In this document: positions 16,816-24,786 of the stretch, in pieces
Layout: every line of letters starts with the position of its first letter
How positions within the stretch are numbered: the first letter of the stretch is position 1
Assembly: GCA_009692765.1 (NCBI GenBank)
Contig: SHYQ01000004.1
Coordinates: 1 to 47,042, forward strand
Reading direction: 5' to 3'
Source: Dehalococcoidia bacterium
GTDB lineage: Bacteria; Chloroflexota; Dehalococcoidia; UBA2979
Length of the DNA: 47,042 nucleotides
Program-made: the position numbers and the translations under genes
The notes under the pieces: model-generated
The model's database searches: none
What the model was told of the DNA's origin: nothing
The model's input: the letters and a program-made list of their open reading frames with translations, nothing else

Positions 16816-18624
16816 ATGACCGCGCCCGCGCCGCCGCGCCGCCCGCAGCCGCGCGCGCGCATCGCCGTGCTGCCGCCGGAGGTGGCGGCGCGCATCGCCG
16901 CGGGCGAGGTGATCGAGCGCCCGGCGAGCGTGGTGAAGGAGCTCGTCGAGAATGCCATCGACGCCGGCGCGGCGCACGTCGCAGTGGAGATCGTCGGCGG
17001 CGGCGGCGACCGCATCCGCGTCAGCGACGACGGCTGCGGCATCCCGCCGGAACAGGTGGCGGACGCCTTCGAGCGCCACGCGACCTCGAAGCTGCGCAGC
17101 GAGCACGACCTCTTCGCGGTGCGCACGCTCGGCTTCCGCGGCGAGGCACTCGCCGCGATCGCCGCGGCGGCGGAGGTCGACCTCGTGTCGCGGCCGGCGG
17201 GGCAGGACGCCGCCGCAGCGGCGCACCTGCGCGACGGCCGCCTCGAGCGCGTCGGGAGCGCCGCGGCCGCCCCCGGCACCAGCGTCGAGGTGCGCGAGCT
17301 GTTCGCGGCGCTGCCGGCGCGGCGGCGCTTCCTACGTCCGCCGCGCGCGGAGGCGCGCGCGGTCGTCGAGCTGATCGCCGCGCTCGCGCTGGCGCACCCG
17401 GAGGTCGCGTTCCGGCTGGTGAGCGACGGGCGCGTCGCGCTCGCGTCGCCTGGCACGGGCGACCCGCGCGACGCCGTCGCGGCGGTGCACGGCGTGGAGG
17501 TCGCGCGCGCGCTGGTGCCGGCCGGCGCGCGCCGCCAGGAGGCGGACGGCGCGGCCGTGGACGTGACGGCGCTGGTCGGGCCTCCGTCGCTGCACCGCGG
17601 CAGCCGCGGCGCGATCCACCTCGTCGCGAACGGGCGCACGATCGGCTCGCGCTCGATCGCCTACGCGATCGAGCAGGCGTACGCCGGGCTGATCCCGGCC
17701 GGCCGCCACCCCGTCGCGATCGTGCGTATCGACGTCCCGCCGGAGCAGATCGACGTGAACGTGCACCCCACGAAGGCGGAGGTGCGCTTCCGCCACGAAC
17801 GCCTCGTCTACGCCGCAGTCGCCGAGGCCGTGCGCGGCGCGCTGACGGACGCGCCGATCGCCTTCGCGCCGCTGACGGCGGGCGCGTGGCCCGCGCGTGG
17901 CGCGAGGGAGGCGCCCTCCGAGCACGCGGAGGATGACGGCGCGGCGGGCGCGGCCGGGCGCGCGGTGATCGCAGGCGCGCGGCCCGCGCCGATCTTCGCG
18001 CCACCGCTGACGATGGCGGCTGGGGCAGCGCAGGCGGGGCTGGCGATCGAGGCGCGCACGCCGGCGCTGCGGCCGCTCGGGCAGATCGACCGCACCTACC
18101 TGGTCGCCGAGAGCGCGGATGGGTTGTACCTCGTCGACCAGCACGCGGCGCACGAGCGCGTGCTGTACGAGCAGGCGCTGGCGGCACGCGCGGCGGGGAG
18201 GCCCGCATCGCAGCCGCTGCTCGCGGCGCTGGCCGTGCCGCTGTCGGCGTCGCAGGCCGCGCTCGCGGCGGCGGAGGCGGAGGCCCTCGCGGCGATCGGG
18301 TGGGAGGTCGCGCCGACCGACGGCGCGGCGGTGCTGCTGCGCGCGGTGCCGGCGGCGCTCGCCGGGCGCGACGCCGCCGCCGCGCTGCGCGACTACCTCG
18401 ACCGGCTCGACGCGGAGGAGCGCCTCACCGGCCCGGACCGCGCCGCCGCGACGCTCGCCTGCCGCGCGGCGGTGATGGCGGGCGACCCGCTCGACGGCGA
18501 GCAGCAGCGCGCGCTGCTGCGGGCGCTCGAGGCCTGCGCGACGCCGCACACCTGCCCCCACGGCCGCCCGACGATGCTGCACCTCAGCCGCGCCGCCCTC
18601 GAGCGCTCCTTCGGCCGGCGGTAG
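16816..18624 (+). CDS. mutL: DNA mismatch repair endonuclease MutL
   Basis: IAAGEVIERPASVVKELVENAIDAG, LGFRGEAL, DVNVHPTKAEVRF, DQHAAHER, ACR, CPHGRP. Confidence 0.98.
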   Translation: MTAPAPPRRPQPRARIAVLPPEVAARIAAGEVIERPASVVKELVENAIDAGAAHVAVEIVGGGGDRIRVSDDGCGIPPEQVADAFERHATSKLRSEHDLFAVRTLGFRGEALAAIAAAAEVDLVSRPAGQDAAAAAHLRDGRLERVGSAAAAPGTSVEVRELFAALPARRRFLRPPRAEARAVVELIAALALAHPEVAFRLVSDGRVALASPGTGDPRDAVAAVHGVEVARALVPAGARRQEADGAAVDVTALVGPPSLHRGSRGAIHLVANGRTIGSRSIAYAIEQAYAGLIPAGRHPVAIVRIDVPPEQIDVNVHPTKAEVRFRHERLVYAAVAEAVRGALTDAPIAFAPLTAGAWPARGAREAPSEHAEDDGAAGAAGRAVIAGARPAPIFAPPLTMAAGAAQAGLAIEARTPALRPLGQIDRTYLVAESADGLYLVDQHAAHERVLYEQALAARAAGRPASQPLLAALAVPLSASQAALAAAEAEALAAIGWEVAPTDGAAVLLRAVPAALAGRDAAAALRDYLDRLDAEERLTGPDRAAATLACRAAVMAGDPLDGEQQRALLRALEACATPHTCPHGRPTMLHLSRAALERSFGRR

Positions 18625-18649
18625 CAGCGCGCGCGAGGGCGTCGCGGCG

Positions 18650-18990
18650 GGTGCTGCGTGGCGATCGCGTTGCTTGCGCGGGGCGGCCCACCCCCTGCCC
18701 CCTCCCGGCGCGGGAGGGGGTTCTGAAACAGCAGGGGATTTCTCCCATCCCCCCGGCCCCCTTCCCTCCGGGAAGGGGGAGTTCGCCTCGACGCTTCGCG
18801 CGAGGGATTGGAGGGAGGCGCCCGCCCGTCTTCGCTCCGGCGTGCGCCTACCGCGCGCGCCTCCGCCGGGAGCGCGAGGGGCGCAGCCCCCTCGCACCAA
18901 CGTTCCTCATTCTGGAACCCCCTCCCGCGCCGGGAGGGGGCAGGGGGTGGGCCGCCCCGCGCAAGCAACGCGATCGCCGCGCATCACCGC
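18650..18990. repeat. Composite REP/REPIN-like element, copy 4, with 64-bp perfect terminal inverted repeats
   Basis: 18660-18723 is the exact reverse complement of 18915-18978; internal triplex motif at 18744-18779 and triloop motif at ~18864-18896. Confidence 0.95.
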
Positions 18991-19033
18991 GAGGGCGCCG
19001 CCCGCACGGTCATCGACGCCTGCGCGGTGCGCG

Positions 19034-19939
19034 CTACCCCAGCGGCACGAAGATCGCGCGCGCGGCTTCCATCAGCGTGAGCGGGGGCTTCGGCGTGGGG
19101 GCGTCGCGCGCGACGGCGTCCGCCAGCTCGAGCAGCCAGCGTTCCTCGGCGGTGGCGGGGGGGAGCGCGTGGCCGGCCACGCGCACGGCGCGCACCACGG
19201 CGGGCTCCTCGACGGGGAGCAGCAGCGCCGTGGCGCCCGCGCCCGTCGCCGCGGCGGCGTAGACGACGCGCAGCGCGGCGGCCAGGGCCGCCGGCGCCGC
19301 TGCGCCGGCGTTGCCCACCGCCGCGAGGCGCTCGACGTTCGGCACGGCGCGCAGCAGGCGCAGCACCGCCAGCGAGCGGCGGCAGCCGTCGGGGTCGATG
19401 AGCGCCGGGTAAGTCAGCGCGTCGAGGTAGAGCGGCTCGTTGAGGCCGGCCTCGCGCGCGCGGATCGCCCCCGCGACGGCGGCGTCCACGACCGCCTGCG
19501 CGCTGGCGGCCGCCTCGCCGCCACCGTCCACGAGACGCGGCGAGACGACCAGCGCGGCGCGCGCGCGCACGACCGCGCGCAGCAGCCCCGCGACCGCATC
19601 GTCGTCGACGCTGCCGGGCGGGCCGCCGACCGGCAGCGCGTTCGCCGCGAGCGGGCGCGGCACGCCCTCGCGCTCGCACAGCTCGAAGGCGAGCGCGATC
19701 GTCGCGGGGGAGGCGGTATCGAGGAACAACGGCCGCCCGTACGTCGCCGGCCGGATCGCCTCGGCGATCCACGCGAGATCGATCGCCGCGCCGCCGACGC
19801 CGGCGTTGAGGTCGAGCGCGTCCGCGCCGGCGGCGAGCTGCGTCTCGGCGCGCGCGATGATCGGCGCGGCGTCGCGCGCGCGCAGCGCCGCCGCGAGCGG
19901 CTCGCGGTGGAACTCGAGCGACTGTCCGATCAGCAGCAC
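19034..19939 (-). CDS. Pterin-binding (dihydropteroate synthase/AcsE-like) protein, divergent
   Basis: Starts MLLIGQSL; AGADALDLNAG; PLFLDT; LYLDAL; AVGN. The longer ORF call simply runs into the repeat. Confidence 0.65.
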   Translation of the reverse strand: MLLIGQSLEFHREPLAAALRARDAAPIIARAETQLAAGADALDLNAGVGGAAIDLAWIAEAIRPATYGRPLFLDTASPATIALAFELCEREGVPRPLAANALPVGGPPGSVDDDAVAGLLRAVVRARAALVVSPRLVDGGGEAAASAQAVVDAAVAGAIRAREAGLNEPLYLDALTYPALIDPDGCRRSLAVLRLLRAVPNVERLAAVGNAGAAAPAALAAALRVVYAAAATGAGATALLLPVEEPAVVRAVRVAGHALPPATAEERWLLELADAVARDAPTPKPPLTLMEAARAIFVPLG

Positions 19940-20019
19940 GAGGGTACGGTAGCCAGCGCACGCCCCCGGGGCGAGCGTGCGCTTGGCCTCGAGGCAGCGC
20001 GCCCGTGCGGTGTGCCCGT

Positions 20020-20660
20020 GGGGAGGAGACCCACCCCCCGGCCCCCTCCCGCTCCAGCGGGAGGGGGAGAGGAAGAAGCATGAGGATGCGAGGGGGCTGC
20101 GCCCCTCGCGCTCCCGGTGGAACGGCGCGCGGCGGGCGCGGCTCGGAGCAGAGGGGGCGGCGCGCTCCCACATCAGAACCTCTCGCCGCCCCGGCGGAGA
20201 GGGGCAGGGGCAAGGCTCCCTTCCCGGCGCGGGAAGAGGGTTCTGCCAGAGCAGAGGGTGATGCGAGGGGGCTGCGCCCCTCGCGCTCCCGGCGGAACGG
20301 CGCGCGGCGGGCGCGCCTCGGAGCAGAAGGGGCGGCGCGCTCCCGCGTCAGAACCCCTCGCCGCCCCGGCGGAGAGGGGCAGGGGCAAGGCCCCCTTCCC
20401 GGCGCGGGAAGGGGGCCAGCAGGGAAGGTGGCTTCCACCCATCCCCCCGGCCCCCTTCCCGCGCGGGAAGGGGGAGCTGGCGAGAGCGTTGCGCGCCTCG
20501 CCCCAGACCCGCAGGCGAAGCCTCCCGCTCGCGATCCGGCGTGTGCCTACCGCGCACGCCTCCGCCGGGAGCGCGAGGGGCGCAGCCCCCTCGCATCTCC
20601 CTCCGTTTCCGACCCCCCTCTCCCGCTCCGCGGGAGAGGGGACGGGGGTAAGGGTCCCGC
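20020..20660. repeat. Composite REP/REPIN-like element, copy 5, with a 175-bp tandem unit
   Basis: Units start at 20085 and 20260; triplex motifs at 20030, 20438 and 20613; inverted triloop motif at ~20562-20595. Confidence 0.93.
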
Positions 20661-20694
20661 TCCCTCCCCCCGCCGCGAGCGAGTGGCCGCGCCG

Positions 20695-21927
20695 CTACGC
20701 CTCGACGGCGCGCGCCTGGCCGCGGTAGCGCTCCGGCACGCCCTGCGCCACGGCGCGCTCGACGAGCTCCGCGACGCGGTCGACCTCGCCCTCGGTGTTG
20801 TAGACGTGCAGCGAGAGGCGCACCGAGCCCATCTCGCGCACCGACCGCGCGATCACCCCGCCGTCGCCCTGGAGGTAGTCGACGAGGTGGGCGGGGTCGA
20901 CGCCCTCCACCGCGAACAGGAAGAGGCCGCTGCGTGTCGCCTCGCCGGCTGCGCCGCTCACGCGCACGCCGCGCAGCGGCGCGAAGCGCGCCTCGGCGTA
21001 GCGGCTGAGCGCGCGCACGCGGTCCCACACGGCGGCCGGGCCCGACGCGAGGTACTGCTCGACGGCGGCCAGCGTCCCCGCCATCAGGGGCGTCGAGGTC
21101 GTGGTGAGCTCGAACTTCGTCACCTTCTCGCGCTCGGCCTCGAAGTGGCCGGCGAAGTCCCACGACGCGGCGGCGTGCCCGCTCACCTTCACGGGGTCGA
21201 GGTCGGCGATGCGGTCGCGGCGCACGTAGAGCATGCCGAGGCCGTCGGGCCCGCACAGCCACTTGTGCGACGGCACCGCGTAGGCGTCGATGCCCAGCGC
21301 GTGCGCGTCGATCGGCAGGTGCCCCGCGGTCTGCGCGCCGTCGACGACCACGGTCGCGCCGCGCGCGTGCGCCAGCCGCGTGATCTCGGCCAGCGGCAGC
21401 AGGCCGCCCGTGGAGTAGGAGATGCCCGAGAGGATCACGAGCGATGCGGCGGGCGAGAGCGCCTCGTCGAACCGCTCGAGGATCGCGCCCGGCCCGTCGT
21501 CCACCGCGATCGGGACGATCGCGACCTCGGTGCCGTACTTCCGGCGCGTCCAGTAGGCGGGGACCATGCCGCTGCTGTGCTCCACGCTGGTCGTCACCAC
21601 GCGGTCGCCCGGTTTGAGCGCGACGCCGTTCACCGCGATGTTGACGCCCTCGGTGGTATTGCCGGTGATCGCGATCTCGTCGGCGTCCGCGCCGAGCATC
21701 CGGGCGGACGCCTCGCGCAGCCGCGCGACGATCGCGGTCTTGTCCTCGTTCGCCACCTTCGCCACCGGCCCGTACGTGGCCTCGAGGTCGATGCGGCGCT
21801 TCATCGCCTCGACGACCGGGAGCGAGAGCGGGCCGGACCAGCCGGCGTTGAGGTAGGTGAAGCGCCGCGTCACCGGCGTGATCTCGCGCAGGTGCGCCCA
21901 GCGTGCCGCGTGTGGATCCTCGGCCAT
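20695..21927 (-). CDS. Class V PLP-dependent aminotransferase/C-S lyase-like enzyme
   Basis: YLNAGWSG, NTTEG, VEH, VDGAQTAG, SHKWLCGP (PLP Lys), VRLSLHVYN; no desulfurase persulfide Cys motif. Confidence 0.85.
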   Translation of the reverse strand: MAEDPHAARWAHLREITPVTRRFTYLNAGWSGPLSLPVVEAMKRRIDLEATYGPVAKVANEDKTAIVARLREASARMLGADADEIAITGNTTEGVNIAVNGVALKPGDRVVTTSVEHSSGMVPAYWTRRKYGTEVAIVPIAVDDGPGAILERFDEALSPAASLVILSGISYSTGGLLPLAEITRLAHARGATVVVDGAQTAGHLPIDAHALGIDAYAVPSHKWLCGPDGLGMLYVRRDRIADLDPVKVSGHAAASWDFAGHFEAEREKVTKFELTTTSTPLMAGTLAAVEQYLASGPAAVWDRVRALSRYAEARFAPLRGVRVSGAAGEATRSGLFLFAVEGVDPAHLVDYLQGDGGVIARSVREMGSVRLSLHVYNTEGEVDRVAELVERAVAQGVPERYRGQARAVEA

Positions 21928-22072
21928 CGGTCGCCCCATCGTCCTGCCCGGTCGCGCCATCCTATACCCGCCTCGATCACCGCAGGACGCCGGCGTGTCG
22001 CGCGTACGTCGCGGGACGTACACTGTCTCGCGGACACCGCCCGCGACGACGGGCGGGCGCGGAGGGGGAGAC

Positions 22073-22894
22073 ATGGTCGAGCAGTCCGCGAGCCGCGGCA
22101 GCGGGTGGCAGCCCGCGCAGTACGCCCAGTTCCGCGACGAGCGCAGCCGCCCGTTCTACGACCTCGCCACGCTGGTGGAGCGCCATGACGTCGCAGCCGG
22201 GCCGGCGATGCGCGTCGCCGACCTCGGCTGCGGCACCGGCGAGCTCACCGCGTGGCTGCACGAGGAGCTCGGCGCGCGGGAGACGGTGGCGATCGACTCC
22301 TCCTCGGTGATGCTCGCCGAAAGCGCGCCGTACATGCGGCCGGGGATGCGCTTCGAGCAGGCCGACATCATGGAGGAGGCGGGGCGCTACCAGGGCGCGT
22401 TCGACCTCGTCTTCTCGAACGCAGCGCTGCAGTGGATCCTCGACCACGAGACGATGCTGCCGCGCGTCGCCTCGATGGTGCGGCCGGGCGGACAGTTCGC
22501 GATCCAGGTGCCCAACAACGGCGCGCACTTCAGCCACCAGGTGCACGCGACGATCGCGCGCGAGGAGCCGTACGCCAGCGCCCTCGGCGGTCTGGTGCGC
22601 GAGGACCCCGTCGAGTCGCCCGAGTGGTACGCGACGTTCCTGCACGACCGCCTCGGCTGCACCGAGCAGCGCGTCCGCCTCGAGGTCTACGCGCACCCGA
22701 TGCAGTCCACGCGCGGCATCGTCGAGTGGGTGAAGGGCTCCGTGCTCACGTGGTACCGCGAGCGCCTGTCGGCGGAGCTGTACGCGCGCTTCCTCGCGGA
22801 GTACGAGCGCCGCCTCGTCGAGCGCCTCGGCGACCGCTCGCCGTACTTCTACACGTTCAGCCGCATCCTCATGTGGGGCCGCGTGCCCGCGTAG
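22073..22894 (+). CDS. tam: Trans-aconitate 2-methyltransferase-like SAM methyltransferase
   Basis: WQPAQYAQFRDERSRPFYDL, DLGCGTG, FSNAALQW, WVKGS; GGAGG SD. Confidence 0.8.
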   Translation: MVEQSASRGSGWQPAQYAQFRDERSRPFYDLATLVERHDVAAGPAMRVADLGCGTGELTAWLHEELGARETVAIDSSSVMLAESAPYMRPGMRFEQADIMEEAGRYQGAFDLVFSNAALQWILDHETMLPRVASMVRPGGQFAIQVPNNGAHFSHQVHATIAREEPYASALGGLVREDPVESPEWYATFLHDRLGCTEQRVRLEVYAHPMQSTRGIVEWVKGSVLTWYRERLSAELYARFLAEYERRLVERLGDRSPYFYTFSRILMWGRVPA

Positions 22895-22924
22895 CGCGCG
22901 GCGTCGAGGTCGCGCGCGCGACGC

Positions 22925-23530
22925 GACGGAAGCGGATCCTTCGACGTCCCAGTCGGCGTCGAGGTGCTGCGTGGGGCGGCCCACCCCCTGCCCCCTCCCT
23001 CGCGGGAGGGGGTTCAGATTCCAGAAGGAAATTTCTCCCATCCCCCAACCCTCTTCCCTGGCGGGAAGGGGGCTCGGACCTCGGCGCTACGCGAGAGTGC
23101 TCGGACGAGGCAGCGCGAGGGGCGGGCGCGAGCGCCGAGCGGTGAGCCGTGCCGCAGCGCGGCCGCGCTTTCAGATCCCGCGAGGCGAAGCTCTCGCGGA
23201 TCCCCCTTCCCGGTGGGAAGGGGGCCGGGGGGATGGGCGATCTCAACTTCTGGTCTCGGAACCCCCTTCCCGCGCCGGGAAGGGGGCCTCACCCCTGTCC
23301 CTCTCCGCCGGGGCGACGAGGGGTTCTGACGCGGGAGCGCGCTGCCCCCTCTGCTCCGAGGCGCGCCCGCGGCGCGCCGTTCCGCCGGGAGCGCGAGGGG
23401 CGCAGCCACCTCGCATCACCCGCTGCTCTTGCAGAACCCCCTTCCCGCGTCGGGAAGGGGGCAGGGGGATGGGCCGCCCCACGCAGCACCTCGACGCCGC
23501 GCGAGAGCTCGAGTGCTCCGCTTCCGCCGC
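22925..23530. repeat. Composite REP/REPIN-like element, copy 6 (nested)
   Basis: 30-bp perfect IR 22954-22983/23470-23499; triplex motifs at 22980, 23037, 23202 and 23437; inverted copy of the 175-bp unit at ~23260-23435. Confidence 0.93.
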
Positions 23531-23545
23531 CGCTCAGCGCGCCAA

Positions 23546-24532
23546 CTAGCGAGAGGGCAGGCCCGCGGCGGTGCGGATCACGCGGCGCAGGTCGCGCTGC
23601 GCGGCCTCGGCCGCCATCGCCGCGTCCACCGTCGCGAGGGCGGGCGCGTCGACGGCGCTGCCCGCGGCCGCCGCGGCGAGCGCGTCGACGGCGCGGCGCA
23701 CCGCGAGCGCGGTCATGACCGTCGGGATCATGCCGACCTCCGCCTCCGTGAGCGGCGGGTCGGCGTGCGCGACGTAGCCTGCCACCCAGCGGTGCACCCG
23801 CCAGCCATCGTCACGGTCGGCCTCGACGAGCAGGCTCGCGCCGATATCGGCGATGCGCGCGTCCGGCCGCGCGCCGTCGAAGTCGAGCAGCGCCGTCACG
23901 TCGTCGCCCTCGTAGAGCACGTGCGGCGCGGTGCAGCCGCCCCACGTCGCCACCTCAGGCAGATCGTCGTAGCCGAGGCGCACGAGCATGTCGGCGTTGC
24001 GGTCGCCCAGCGACGCCAGCTGCGCCGCGCGCGCCGCGTCCGCCGCGGCGACGCGCGCGATCAGCGCGTCGTACGAGGCGTGCCCGCGCGCCACCGCGAT
24101 CGCGTAGAGGTCGTCGAGGCGCGGGAAGGCCCCGCTCGCCTCCGGCCCGTCGGGGCCGCTCCACGAGGCGAGGTCGCGGTGCAGCAGCGCCAGCAGCGCG
24201 CCGCGCCGCTGCACGAAGATCGGACGGTCGGGCGGCTGCGCACCGGCGGGCGCGGGGAAGAGCGCCCACGGCGCGCCCTCGGCCTCCACCAGCGTCGCGC
24301 CGTCGGCCGCGCGCACCGGGACGAGCACCGGCCACGCGTCCTCGGCGAGGAACGCGAGCATCGCGTGCTGGTAGGCGATCGCCTCGGCGTCGAGCGCGGC
24401 GTAGCGGTGCAGCAGGTAGCCCGGCGCCGCGGCGACGCGCCACTCCGCCGCGCCGAGGTGGGGCGCGCGCTGTTGCAGCGCAGGCGCGACGTGCGCCTCC
24501 GCCAGTCCCCACGCCGCCAGCGCAGCCCGCAT
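23546..24532 (-). CDS. APH/homoserine-kinase-II-like phosphotransferase fold with a degenerate catalytic loop
   Basis: YLLHRY, EAIAYQHAMLAFL, GALLALLH, LLDFD, RIADIG; the HxDxxxxN motif is replaced by WGGCTAPH. Confidence 0.75.
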   Translation of the reverse strand: MRAALAAWGLAEAHVAPALQQRAPHLGAAEWRVAAAPGYLLHRYAALDAEAIAYQHAMLAFLAEDAWPVLVPVRAADGATLVEAEGAPWALFPAPAGAQPPDRPIFVQRRGALLALLHRDLASWSGPDGPEASGAFPRLDDLYAIAVARGHASYDALIARVAAADAARAAQLASLGDRNADMLVRLGYDDLPEVATWGGCTAPHVLYEGDDVTALLDFDGARPDARIADIGASLLVEADRDDGWRVHRWVAGYVAHADPPLTEAEVGMIPTVMTALAVRRAVDALAAAAAGSAVDAPALATVDAAMAAEAAQRDLRRVIRTAAGLPSR

Positions 24533-24624
24533 CGCGTCTCCCTCGCCGGCCCACGCCGCGGTTCGCCACTCGTGCGATCGAGGTTAGCGCGCCGCCGCAC
24601 GCGAGGCGAAAGCCGTCCGCTGCA

Positions 24625-24741
24625 CTCCCCCTTCCCGCCGGGAAGGGGGCCGGGGGGATGGGAGGATACCCCTCTGTTCCTATACTCCCCTTCCCGCGAA
24701 GGGAAGGGGCAGGGGGATGGGCCGCGCCGCTCAGTCCTCGA
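24625..24741. repeat. Half-element with two tandem triplex-type motifs, copy 7
   Basis: Motifs at 24627-24662 and 24687-24721; outer tail TCAGTCCTCGA is shared, inverted, with copies 2 and 8. Confidence 0.85.
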
Positions 24742-24786
24742 ACGCCGCACCGCCATCGCGATCGTCCGGTCGAGCCGCGAGCGCGG

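Noticed and set aside
20695-21927. Cysteine desulfurase (SufS/IscS)
   Set aside because: The catalytic Cys loop (RxGxHC or SxGSAC) is absent
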